Below, in pieces: positions 15,855 to 25,441 of a DNA stretch of 27,820 nt (the first letter of the stretch is position 1; every line of letters begins with the position of its first letter). Origin of the DNA: a virus (Duplodnaviria > Caudoviricetes); IMG/VR virus record IMGVR_UViG_3300005512_000262, positions 1-27,820 of that record. One strand, written 5' to 3'. Made by a program: the position numbers and the translations under genes. The notes under the pieces were generated by a model. That model ran no database searches and was not told where the DNA came from. It saw only the letters and a list, made by a program, of their open reading frames with translations.

Positions 15855-16796
15855 ATGGCTATTACTCAATATGGGCTGTCTACCCCAAATGAAGACCTTC
15901 GCATGCAAAAGATGATTTCTCAAGAAATCAGACTTTTACTCACTGACTCAACCAACCTTAGAAACACTCCATTTGTTGACTTTGTCGGCAGCATTAATGG
16001 AATGGGTTCTGATACCATTCGTGTTCGCAAAGCGGGCCTTGATGGATTCGATGCTTTCACTGCATTCACTGGTGCAACTGAAGCAAATGCTGTAACTCCC
16101 AGCAACTTGACAGATGGTCATGTTGATGTGGTTTGCAAAAGAAATTCTTTAGCGTACGAAATCACAGACTTGGCTTCTATGACTGGTTTGAATTCAGGTG
16201 ATTTGGACCCATTCCGAATTGCTGAAAGTATTGCAAACTCTTATGAAGCATTGTTTGCAAACATCACTGGTGCAGCTGTTGCTGGTTTTACTGCAACACG
16301 CGGTTCAACTGGTGCTGATTTGACACTTGCTGTTTTCTTGGCTGCAATCCAAGACCTTGAAAAAGCTTCTTCTGGAAAAGGTGCACCTGGACCATACGTT
16401 GCTTTATTGCATCCTAAACAATGGGCTGACCTGCAAGATGCTATTCTTGCTCAGACCACTGGAATCTTGCAATTTGTTGCAGCATCTTATGAAGCAATCA
16501 GTGCAAAAGGTTCACACTACAAAGGAAACTTCATGGGTGTTGAAATCTATACTTCTTCATACATCACTGATGATTCTGTTGACCATGCTGGTGCTATCTT
16601 TGCTCCTGGTGCTTTGGGATTCGCTACTGGAATGCCAAGTATTGTTGGTGCAAATGAAGCAATGGAAATGGGTGAAGTTTCTATTGAAATGGACCGCGAT
16701 GCTACAAAAGCATTGACAAAAGTTGTTGGACATGCGTACTTAGGAATGAGTATTATTGATGATGACCGCGGTGTTACTCTTATTTCAGCAGTATAA
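15855..16796 (+). CDS. Major capsid protein
   Basis: 313 aa from ATG 15855 (RBS caggtg). Features include GSDTIRV, PYVALLHPKQWADL and GNFMGVEIYTS, a strongly biased codon choice, and its own promoter and terminator. Confidence 0.85.
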   Translation: MAITQYGLSTPNEDLRMQKMISQEIRLLLTDSTNLRNTPFVDFVGSINGMGSDTIRVRKAGLDGFDAFTAFTGATEANAVTPSNLTDGHVDVVCKRNSLAYEITDLASMTGLNSGDLDPFRIAESIANSYEALFANITGAAVAGFTATRGSTGADLTLAVFLAAIQDLEKASSGKGAPGPYVALLHPKQWADLQDAILAQTTGILQFVAASYEAISAKGSHYKGNFMGVEIYTSSYITDDSVDHAGAIFAPGALGFATGMPSIVGANEAMEMGEVSIEMDRDATKALTKVVGHAYLGMSIIDDDRGVTLISAV

Positions 16797-16810
16797 TCTG
16801 CACAAACTTG

Positions 16811-16841
16811 GGTGGTGGTCTTCCATGGCCACCACCTTTTT
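16811..16841 (+). terminator. Rho-independent terminator after the capsid gene
   Basis: ggtggtggtc-ttccat-ggccaccacc followed by ttttt. Confidence 0.8.
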
Positions 16842-16857
16842 CCAATGAGGTACAAAC

Positions 16858-17526
16858 ATGGAAATCAAACCACAACAATGGCAACCAATGACACAGCAGA
16901 CAACCAGTGTGTTGCCTGCACGACCCAACCACCCTTTCTATTACAAGTGGCATCCGACCAACTGGCAATTTGTCTATAAAGATGTTCTTTCCACAACAGG
17001 AAAGAAGACAGCTTCAGTGAAGAAAGGTTTCTTTGTTCCACATCTCAGAATGGAACGTGTCATGCCTGGAGTGAATGGCATTCATCAAATCAATGGTGAA
17101 CTGGGAAATCCTGGTTCTCGTATTGGACAACTTCAGCAGCAGGGTTGGATATACTTGGACCCACAGAAATATGACTATATGCACGTTTATCCAGTGCGCG
17201 GTGGTCGCTACCATGTTCCAAAGTGGATGCAAATCAAAGTGGTTGCCAACAGACTGATTGAAAACATGGATTTGAATGCTTTTCAAGTTTGGTCTGTCAA
17301 TCTCCTGCGCTCAAACATCTTGGGAAATCCTGAACCGCACTTTTGGCAACTGGCCATTCATGAACTGGAACGCAGCAGAGAAATTGAGATTCTTATCAAG
17401 CAGCAACATCTTCCTGAAAAGAAAGAGCAACTGGATGAATTGCGTGGTAAAGTCAAGGACATGAAAGCCTTTGTTGCTGGATATAACAAACAAGGCCTTG
17501 CAATCTATGAGGATTTCACACAATGA
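16858..17526 (+). CDS. Hypothetical protein
   Basis: 222-aa ORF with RBS GAGGTAC; no family recognised. Confidence 0.8.
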   Translation: MEIKPQQWQPMTQQTTSVLPARPNHPFYYKWHPTNWQFVYKDVLSTTGKKTASVKKGFFVPHLRMERVMPGVNGIHQINGELGNPGSRIGQLQQQGWIYLDPQKYDYMHVYPVRGGRYHVPKWMQIKVVANRLIENMDLNAFQVWSVNLLRSNILGNPEPHFWQLAIHELERSREIEILIKQQHLPEKKEQLDELRGKVKDMKAFVAGYNKQGLAIYEDFTQ

Positions 17527-18293
17527 GCAATTCAACACCATATGCACCACAAATCAAGATACCTGAACTATTAGAGCGTGGGAAATCACAGTTGACCACA
17601 CTCCCAGTGTATCGTGATGGTGCATTGGTGGTTCCATCGGATGTGCGCTACAGTCTAACAGCACCCAATGGAACAAAGATTGTTGATGAAGCAGCAGGGA
17701 CATTTCCAGCCAACATTTCACAATACACACATTCAGCATCCAACTTGGCAGACACTTTGGAACTGGGTGAAGGGTATTTGCAATCTTGGGAAATCACATT
17801 TTCAACTGGTGTCTATAACTTCAGGCGCAGTGCAGCTATTGTGAAGCGCAGATTGTACCCAGTTGTCAGTGATGGAGATTTGACCAGCACATATTCACAA
17901 CTGGCAGACATCAGACCAAGCAACTTGACTTCATACCAGTCATACATTGATGAGGCCTGGTATGCAATGATTCAGAAGATGAGAACAGAAGGTGGTGGTC
18001 TTGAATACTTGGTGATGAGTGCAGAAGCATTCAGAGCAGCACACCAGAACTTGACACTGTATTACATCTTCAGAGATTTCCACAGTTCACTGGGTCAGTC
18101 CAATGGTCGATATTTAGACCTAGCAAGTGAGCATTTCAAGCAATACACCTATGAGTGGAAACAAATCAACTTTGTCTATGACTATGACCACGATGGACAA
18201 AGCGACCAACCGAACAACCGCAAAGCAAAACAGCCAGTCATCTACACTTGCCAACCTGGTTCTAACTATCGACGCAGGTACAGAAGAAGATGA
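17523..18293 (+). CDS. Putative head-tail adaptor
   Basis: Synteny; beta-rich N-terminal part and helical C-terminal part (YQSYIDEAW). Confidence 0.5.
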   Translation: MSNSTPYAPQIKIPELLERGKSQLTTLPVYRDGALVVPSDVRYSLTAPNGTKIVDEAAGTFPANISQYTHSASNLADTLELGEGYLQSWEITFSTGVYNFRRSAAIVKRRLYPVVSDGDLTSTYSQLADIRPSNLTSYQSYIDEAWYAMIQKMRTEGGGLEYLVMSAEAFRAAHQNLTLYYIFRDFHSSLGQSNGRYLDLASEHFKQYTYEWKQINFVYDYDHDGQSDQPNNRKAKQPVIYTCQPGSNYRRRYRRR

Positions 18294-18718
18294 ACCTCAG
18301 TACAGTCAGACAGGCCATTGCAGAAAAGGTGGCAGCAATCAGTGGATTCAAGATGTCCAAACACAGTCCAGACTACTTTGGAAGGACTGAAAACACTGTT
18401 GCACATCTAGCATTCACAGTTGGACTGTCAAACAGCACAGCAATGGAAGAAAGACAGCGCAGTTCTGTTGGTGTTTATATCAATACTCCTGTCCAAGTCA
18501 TCTTCTCATATCGGTTGAGACCTTTGGACATATACCCAACTGATTATGATTTGGCCTTGGATACTGAGCAGCAAATCATTGCAGACATATTGACTGCATA
18601 TATTTCACCAAAGAATGCCTTCACAATCAGATATAATGGGTCAACTCGTGAAGTGACAGAGTCCCAAGAATACATTATAATTACTATTGATTTTACCACC
18701 CTACACACTCTAAATTAG
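18290..18718 (+). CDS. Putative tail terminator/completion protein
   Basis: 142 aa, begins LSTVRQAIAEKV, lies directly before the tail tube gene. Confidence 0.55.
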   Translation: MNLSTVRQAIAEKVAAISGFKMSKHSPDYFGRTENTVAHLAFTVGLSNSTAMEERQRSSVGVYINTPVQVIFSYRLRPLDIYPTDYDLALDTEQQIIADILTAYISPKNAFTIRYNGSTREVTESQEYIIITIDFTTLHTLN

Positions 18719-18728
18719 GATACCCACT

Positions 18729-19232
18729 ATGGCTTATTCAGTTGTACCAAAGACAAAGCGCGATGGCGTTATAACATTAAAAGATGGCGGAGCAGTCACA
18801 CTTGATGTTGCATTCGAAGATGGAAACTTTTCATTCTCACAACCACAACAGTTTTCTGAACTGGTAGTGATGGACCGCGGAAACTTTGCAGCAATCCGCA
18901 AGCAAGATGAGCAAGCAATCACTGGTTCATTTTCATTTCACTTCAGACAGTTCACAGATGCCAGTGAAGCGGGTTCAATTCGCGACTTCATAAATCAGTC
19001 TGGTTTCTATAGTGGAAATGTTTCAACTGGTACTGCTGGAACTCCATATGTTGAACATTACTGTGTTGACATCGAATACAAAGCAGAAGGAACAGACTTT
19101 GGTGATGATGCAGACCACACAGTGACCCTTGCCAAGTGTGTTTGCACTTTGGACTTTGCAGAAGGTGACCCCAGTGCATTCACGTTGAACTTCACTTGTT
19201 ATGGTGGTTCAACTGTTACAGGTCCTGTATAA
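18729..19232 (+). CDS. Major tail (tube) protein
   Basis: 167 aa, acidic and beta-rich (ITGSFSF, FTLNFTC); precedes the chaperone and tape measure genes. Confidence 0.7.
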   Translation: MAYSVVPKTKRDGVITLKDGGAVTLDVAFEDGNFSFSQPQQFSELVVMDRGNFAAIRKQDEQAITGSFSFHFRQFTDASEAGSIRDFINQSGFYSGNVSTGTAGTPYVEHYCVDIEYKAEGTDFGDDADHTVTLAKCVCTLDFAEGDPSAFTLNFTCYGGSTVTGPV

Positions 19233-19293
19233 TTTACAAAAACTTAGGGCTGTCCGATGGATAGCCCATCTTTCATAAAATGTGAGGTACTGA

Positions 19294-19641
19294 ATGAAAG
19301 TTGATTTGAAGAAACTTGGAGAACATGAAGTTGTTCTGCCCAAATCCATTGCTGTTTGTCTTGATTTCATTAGCATATGGGGTTCTGAACCAAACCGCGC
19401 CCAGTTGGGAAGACTGTGCGCAGCTGCAATTGCAGTTGGTGTTGACCACTCCAAATGTCTTCCAGCATATCCAGTTGCAAGTGGTGACCCAATTGTTTTT
19501 GGATTCAAGTGTTTGGACAGATTGTTGGATGCTGGGCTGACTCCTGGGCAGATATATGAACAAGGTTCTGCAGTGTTGGTGGAGATGATGAAAGTCATAC
19601 CCACTGAACAAGAAGTTGAGGACACAGCAAATTTTTCATAA
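19294..19641 (+). CDS. Tail assembly chaperone (gpG-like)
   Basis: Synteny, RBS GAGGTAC, and a slippery heptamer just before the stop. Confidence 0.75.
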   Translation: MKVDLKKLGEHEVVLPKSIAVCLDFISIWGSEPNRAQLGRLCAAAIAVGVDHSKCLPAYPVASGDPIVFGFKCLDRLLDAGLTPGQIYEQGSAVLVEMMKVIPTEQEVEDTANFS

Positions 19642-19853
19642 GTCGATGGGGTTCGTTTGATTTGATGGTTATGCGGATTGCAATGCGCTGGAATCAAGAA
19701 CCAAACTGGTTTTATACCCTAGACCCATCGACAAAAGTGAAAGTGGTTGCAGAATATAGACTTCATTGTGAATCTCCAGAAGACAAACATGCTAGACAAG
19801 AAGCCATAAAAAGGGCTAGAATGGAAGCAATGATAAAAAAGCGGATGGGATAA
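19629..19853 (+). CDS. -1 frameshift extension of the tail chaperone (gpGT-like)
   Basis: A AAT TTT at 19629-19635. The -1 frame is open (FISRWGSFDLMVMRIAMRW...) to TAA at 19853 and has no RBS of its own. Confidence 0.8.
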   Translation, partial: KFFISRWGSFDLMVMRIAMRWNQEPNWFYTLDPSTKVKVVAEYRLHCESPEDKHARQEAIKRARMEAMIKKRMG

Positions 19854-19854
19854 A

Positions 19855-20325
19855 ATGAAGAAGTATTTAAGTGGCAATGCAACTGTAACAGTTCAAGAAG
19901 ACATGACTGAAATGTTCATGGGCTTCTTGAGACTTGTTGCACCTGGTGCTGAAGCCATTATGGATGCAGAACTGAAGCGGATTGAAAAGGAAGCCAAACT
20001 GGACTGGCCAAAACGACAACCCATAGTCAGAAGAAATAAAGAAGGGGATGTCACCAGCACATTCAAAGTTTCGAAGGGTAGTTATAAGAAGTTCAAGCGT
20101 GGTATCAAAGTGGATGCCCATGGCAAAGTGATTGTCTTCTTGAAGAACACTGCACCATATTCCTATGTCATCAAGTACGGTGTTGATTCTGAGAACTGGA
20201 AAAGTCAAGACATCATCAGACCCAAGGGCAAACGGGTTGCTGATGAAACACTGGTCAAACCACACAGAAAAACTGCAAACAAGGTTGTCAAGGCACTTGC
20301 TGATGACCTCATGAAGAAGGTGTAA
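19855..20325 (+). CDS. Basic neck/tail-completion protein (HK97 gp10-like)
   Basis: 156 aa, basic; motif LKNTAPYSYVIKYG and a C-terminal amphipathic helix. Confidence 0.55.
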   Translation: MKKYLSGNATVTVQEDMTEMFMGFLRLVAPGAEAIMDAELKRIEKEAKLDWPKRQPIVRRNKEGDVTSTFKVSKGSYKKFKRGIKVDAHGKVIVFLKNTAPYSYVIKYGVDSENWKSQDIIRPKGKRVADETLVKPHRKTANKVVKALADDLMKKV

Positions 20326-20328
20326 ACC

Positions 20329-22254
20329 ATGGCAAACGAAGTTCAAAAGAGCATCCAGATTTCATACAAGGCCGACCTGAAAGACTTGATGGCCAAGTTA
20401 AAACAGATACCCAATGTCACTGACCAAGAAGCAAAGAAGATGGTGTCAGCTTTAGACAGACAACTGAAGCAGGCAGAGAAGGCAGCAAAGAAATCAGCCG
20501 ATGCCAGCAAGAAAGCAGCAAAAGAAGCGGCCAATGCTGCAAGTCGTGGGGCCAAAGACTTTGATGATTTGGCAGACAGTGCAAGACAAGCAGAAGAAAG
20601 ATTGGAACATGTTGCAGATGCCAGTGGAGACATCGACCGCGGTTTCAGTTCTATTGGGTTGGCCTTGCGTGGTGTGAATCCCCAGTTGGCAGAAGCCGCA
20701 GATGGTCTTGCTGATGCTTTTGCAGTGACAGAAGGACTGACAATGTCATTCACTGCGCTGAATCCTTTGGTCTTGGCAGCTGCTGCAGTTGTCGGTGGTT
20801 TGACTCTAGCATATGCGAACTATCAAGATAGTATTGAGCAAGCAAAAATCAAGACTGAAGAGATAAAAGAAGAAATTGAGAAGTTGAATACAACTATTCA
20901 AGAACAGACAGACATTGTCAATAATATGGACAAGCAGTTTGGTGGGTTAACCAAGAGAGTCAATGAAAGCAGTTTGGAATTGGCTTTGATGCGTGGTGAG
21001 ATTTCAGAACTGGATGCAGCAACAATGAAAGCATCTGCAACTGCATCTGAGTTTCAAAAACAATCAGAAACAACATTTAACACACAGAAAGAAGCTTTGG
21101 ATTCCAGTATCAAAGCAAGAAAAGATGAGTTGAAAATAACAAATCTTCAACTAGCCCAAATGAAAGAACAGCGCAAGATTACACAATCACTTAGCGAAAG
21201 AATGGGTGGGGTATCTCCTAAATTTAAGGAAATGACATTTGAAGAACAGCAACTGCGATTAAATCAACAAATCCTTAAAGAAAATCTGGAAGAAGATAAG
21301 AAAAGATTGGCTGAATTGGAAGGCCAAGAAAACATGATTGCCAAGCAATCAAAGCAACTTGAATCCAATCTGATTGCGATTGAAAAAATCAAAGCAGCAG
21401 AGAAAGCCAGAAAACCAATACAGAAAGATACCAATACAGGAAAAGAAGAAGAAGCAGACACATTGCGCAATCTGATTGAACTAGACCAAAAGAGATTTGC
21501 AGCACAACAGAGTGCTTCAGAGCAATTAAGAGAAATGACATTGGAACAAGGTCTTTCAGATACTGAGATGGAAGAATTGAGCTTTGCAAGAGAATTGGAA
21601 AGGATTGCAGAACTGGGTGAAACATCTCAACTGCAAGCAGAAGCACAAGACTTGATGAATGCTAAAATTGCAGAGCGTGAAAAGAAAAGAATTGCTGACT
21701 TGGCAAAACTCAAAAGAGAAAAATTCAATGAAGATATGGCCATGGCAGAAAGTATGTTGTCTTCTTTGAGTGAATTTGCCAAAGCCGGTATGGACTTTAT
21801 GAAAGCAAAAGGTCGTGAAGATTCTAAAGCTGCAAAAGCACTTTTCAACATGTCCAAGGCTGCTGCAATTGGTGACATTGCATTTGAAGCAGCAAAAGCA
21901 GTAATGGCAGCAATGATTCTTCCACCTGGTGTTCGTGGTGCAAAGATTGGTTTGATTACTGCAACAGCAGCAATGCAAACAGGTGCTATCATGGCACAAC
22001 AACCACCCCAAAGTTCATTTCATATGGGTGGTATGGCTCCTGATGAAATGAATGCGCGTGTTTTACAAGGTGAAGCAGTATTGGACAGGGCCACAGTTCA
22101 AAGAATAGGTGGTGAAGAAGGTGTTCAGCAATTGCAGCAAGGCGGTGGAATGGATAGTCAAGTTGTAGTGATTCAGCCATTCAGACACTTTGGAAGATTT
22201 GCAAGAGAGATAGGATTTAGACCACAGAAACAAACTGGAATAAGGGCATATTGA
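20329..22254 (+). CDS. Tail tape measure protein
   Basis: 641 aa, Ala/Glu/Lys-rich helical sequence with hydrophobic segments and a C-terminal FHMGG...GEAVL motif. Confidence 0.88.
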   Translation: MANEVQKSIQISYKADLKDLMAKLKQIPNVTDQEAKKMVSALDRQLKQAEKAAKKSADASKKAAKEAANAASRGAKDFDDLADSARQAEERLEHVADASGDIDRGFSSIGLALRGVNPQLAEAADGLADAFAVTEGLTMSFTALNPLVLAAAAVVGGLTLAYANYQDSIEQAKIKTEEIKEEIEKLNTTIQEQTDIVNNMDKQFGGLTKRVNESSLELALMRGEISELDAATMKASATASEFQKQSETTFNTQKEALDSSIKARKDELKITNLQLAQMKEQRKITQSLSERMGGVSPKFKEMTFEEQQLRLNQQILKENLEEDKKRLAELEGQENMIAKQSKQLESNLIAIEKIKAAEKARKPIQKDTNTGKEEEADTLRNLIELDQKRFAAQQSASEQLREMTLEQGLSDTEMEELSFARELERIAELGETSQLQAEAQDLMNAKIAEREKKRIADLAKLKREKFNEDMAMAESMLSSLSEFAKAGMDFMKAKGREDSKAAKALFNMSKAAAIGDIAFEAAKAVMAAMILPPGVRGAKIGLITATAAMQTGAIMAQQPPQSSFHMGGMAPDEMNARVLQGEAVLDRATVQRIGGEEGVQQLQQGGGMDSQVVVIQPFRHFGRFAREIGFRPQKQTGIRAY

Positions 22255-22255
22255 T

Positions 22256-25200
22256 ATGGGCACAAATACTACACCAGAAAACATGCGCGGGTTCATTATC
22301 CCAACATGCAACATAACAAAAGAGAACATTTGGCCAGCACAGTCAACATTCACTGAAAAGAATCCTCGTGCTGGAGTTGCCAAAGCATCACAACCATACA
22401 CTGGTTTAACTTTGTCCATGGCTGGTTCACAGTCCCAAGACATCACAGTTGAAACAGTCGAAGGTGGTACACCTGGAGAGAAGGCCAGTTTTGTATGGTC
22501 TGGAACAGATGGTGCACAGTTAGGACAAAATAGTAACAATGTCATAACAGACTGGAAATACTTTGCTTTTGGAAGTGGTACAGCATTTTATGATGATTTC
22601 GCTGCAGTTGCAACGGATGATGGAACATTGTATTGGGTTCAAGAACTGGAGAATGCTGGAGTCTACACCATAGCAGTCCGAAGACAGAAGAAGAACAACA
22701 GCATTGAAGCACTACAGACATTGTTGACTGTTACTTTGGCCGGAGCACCAAACACCACAGCCAAACCAGCAATTGCACAGTTGAAAGATGGGTCATTGAT
22801 TGTCACCTTCTTTGATTACACTGGAACAGACCAAGTCAATCTGTTTGTATGGCGAAGTTATGACAATGGGGACAACTGGAAAGAAGTCAGCCGCAGAGCA
22901 ATGGTTGAGAATCCAATATTGGTTGGTGCAACTGGTGTCTTCATTGATACAACAACATTGCTGGTGACTGATGATATTGTTTCTTTGGTAGTTGGTACGC
23001 GCTCCAAGATAACTACAGCAGGAAGAAATGCACTGGTCCAATTTGTATCAAGGGATTCAGGAACAACTTTCTTCACATTGGGTAACTTTGGAGAAGACCA
23101 CGCGTTTCCAACTGCAGTCAGTCTTCCAGATGGCCAGCAGGGATTTGCATACATATCTGCAACAGACACAGTTTCATTCCTTAAGATTCCGCATCCAGGT
23201 ATTGCAGCAGCTGCAACAGATTACACCACACAATATGAAGTGGACATTTCAAGCGGTGCCAAGACTTTTGCAACCCAAACTGGAACAGTGTTGCTTGGTG
23301 GTACTGTTGCAATGTGGTATCAGAATGAAAAAATCTTTGTGGTTGCTAGGGACACAGACAATGATGTTTATGGATGGGTATCAGATGACCTTGGCGACAC
23401 TTGGAACTTCATCAGTCAAAACAATACACCAGGCATTGACACAGCATTGGTCTTTGGTCCTGACTCCACAACTACCATCGACAACTTCAAAGCAGTTGTA
23501 TGGGAAGGGCGCGCGCTGTTGATGTGCAATACATTCCAAAGTATTGCTGGAATGTACCTTGGTGGATGGTCTACTGTTCAGCATCCAGCTTTAGTTGTTC
23601 AACCAGACAGAAATCAATATGTTGGATTTGATGCCAACTGGATTCACAATCAAGTTCCAGACAACAGTGGGCACTGGTCAACCAGTGGAGCAGGAACAGC
23701 AACAGTATTGCAAGAAGGTCTGAGAATAAGCACTTCAACAACAGTCAAACAATACAACTATGCTGGTTCAATCTATTCAGAAGGATTCTACAGGTTCAAG
23801 ATGCGCGTTGAAACTGGAACAAATCAGACATTGAATTACATTGCATTGACCTTGCAGAATACAGATGGTGCAAACAGTTACACCATACAAATGAGATTTG
23901 CAACCAGTGGTTTCAAAGTTCGCGACCATTCAACCCAACTGGCTGACATCTTGATTGATTTAACCAATTTACATGAGTTCATGCTGTTTCAAAGTGGTGT
24001 GAATGTGAAGTTGTACCATCGTGAATGGGATGAAAAGCAAGCAAACAAGTGGACTGAAACTGTTTTGACTTTGGGTACTCAAGCACCTGGTTTAAGTGCA
24101 AGATTGGACTGGGGTCACATTGATTTGTTCACAGGTTCACTAGAATCATACTGGTCAGAAATGCACGTGTCTGAAGCGGGATTTGGAAAGCCAGAAACAG
24201 AAAAGCGCGGTGGGCTGTACCCAAGTTATGGTTCATATCAGTACATTGATGAAGGTCTGTTGCTGTCAGCAAAGGACAGCCCAGCACGAGCAGAAGACCA
24301 GTATACTATTGAACCGCGGTATGATTTCCCAGTTGAACACATCTTTCATGATGTTGCCTTGTCTCCTCGTGTTGTATGGCGCAGTGTGGATGACTCCAGT
24401 GCAAACAGAATTGCTTTCTTCACTGACCCAGTTGCAAAAGACACAGCGCGTTCATTGGGTCTGTCAGATGTTGCAGGCATCCACTTGAACAACATCAACT
24501 GGAGAACTGGAACACTGAAATCATGGAATGGGGCCAGTTGGGACAACATAGCAACCATTGACACATCTGAAAATCTGCAGGGTACATTCAAGCGCAGTGG
24601 TTCAACAATCCTTCCAGGTGCAGCAACCAAAGAGTTCTATTTAAAATACAATGAAGCCAATGGTTGGCGCGCTGCACTGATAAGTGGTGAAGATACAATC
24701 ATTGTTCAAATCAAGCAAAACAGTGAAGGTCTTTTCAGCAATGCCAGTGATTCCAAGCAATGTGTCTTGGTGATTGACACAGCACAAACAGACCCTGCAA
24801 CGCTGCCAACAACAGGAACATTGAAACTGATGCCAACCAGCATTTCATTGATTGCAGAACTGTATCAAGATGCTGTTTCCAATGTTGGTGCATTCGCATA
24901 TGCCATAGAGATAGACAACCAAAACACACTGGAAGGATACTTTCAGATTGGAACAATGCTATGGGGCAATGTGTATTTCATGGCACCCCAGTATCAAAGG
25001 GGCCGCAGCATATCATATGATACAAATGTCATGGCATATGAAACCAATGATGGCCAATACTATGCGCGCAAGATGTCCAATGGCCGCAGGTCTTTCAGAG
25101 TGGGTTGGACTGAACCAGTGGACACAAGAACCATTCATGCACTGAATCCAGACTATTGGCAGTTCAACAATACTGCAGATGCTCAACCAGTTGCACACTA

Positions 25201-25441
25201 TGGAGATGCAATATTTGGAATGATGGGTATTGCTCAGTATCTCAGTGAACAGAAACCACTGGTGTACTTGCCAGCAATCCCAAAAGACACTGCAGACAAT
25301 GGTGTGTATCAGTTTAATCGATACCACAATCAAGCACTTGTCAGAACTGCAGGAGCAGTGACAATGCAAAGTGTACTTGGTGAAGAAGAACAAGATGAAA
25401 TGTTCAGACTGTCAACAGTCAATATGATTGAGGTGGAGTGA
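22256..25441 (+). CDS. Large tail-tip protein with Asp-box (BNR) beta-propeller
   Basis: 1061 aa; Asp-boxes RSYDNGDNW, SRDSGTTF and SDDLGDTW; follows the tape measure gene. Confidence 0.75.
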   Translation: MGTNTTPENMRGFIIPTCNITKENIWPAQSTFTEKNPRAGVAKASQPYTGLTLSMAGSQSQDITVETVEGGTPGEKASFVWSGTDGAQLGQNSNNVITDWKYFAFGSGTAFYDDFAAVATDDGTLYWVQELENAGVYTIAVRRQKKNNSIEALQTLLTVTLAGAPNTTAKPAIAQLKDGSLIVTFFDYTGTDQVNLFVWRSYDNGDNWKEVSRRAMVENPILVGATGVFIDTTTLLVTDDIVSLVVGTRSKITTAGRNALVQFVSRDSGTTFFTLGNFGEDHAFPTAVSLPDGQQGFAYISATDTVSFLKIPHPGIAAAATDYTTQYEVDISSGAKTFATQTGTVLLGGTVAMWYQNEKIFVVARDTDNDVYGWVSDDLGDTWNFISQNNTPGIDTALVFGPDSTTTIDNFKAVVWEGRALLMCNTFQSIAGMYLGGWSTVQHPALVVQPDRNQYVGFDANWIHNQVPDNSGHWSTSGAGTATVLQEGLRISTSTTVKQYNYAGSIYSEGFYRFKMRVETGTNQTLNYIALTLQNTDGANSYTIQMRFATSGFKVRDHSTQLADILIDLTNLHEFMLFQSGVNVKLYHREWDEKQANKWTETVLTLGTQAPGLSARLDWGHIDLFTGSLESYWSEMHVSEAGFGKPETEKRGGLYPSYGSYQYIDEGLLLSAKDSPARAEDQYTIEPRYDFPVEHIFHDVALSPRVVWRSVDDSSANRIAFFTDPVAKDTARSLGLSDVAGIHLNNINWRTGTLKSWNGASWDNIATIDTSENLQGTFKRSGSTILPGAATKEFYLKYNEANGWRAALISGEDTIIVQIKQNSEGLFSNASDSKQCVLVIDTAQTDPATLPTTGTLKLMPTSISLIAELYQDAVSNVGAFAYAIEIDNQNTLEGYFQIGTMLWGNVYFMAPQYQRGRSISYDTNVMAYETNDGQYYARKMSNGRRSFRVGWTEPVDTRTIHALNPDYWQFNNTADAQPVAHYGDAIFGMMGIAQYLSEQKPLVYLPAIPKDTADNGVYQFNRYHNQALVRTAGAVTMQSVLGEEEQDEMFRLSTVNMIEVE

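Noticed and set aside
20820-21600. Apparently more AT-rich middle of the tape measure gene as a swapped segment
   Set aside because: This is an impression by eye only and could reflect Glu/Lys-rich composition. It needs a computed profile.
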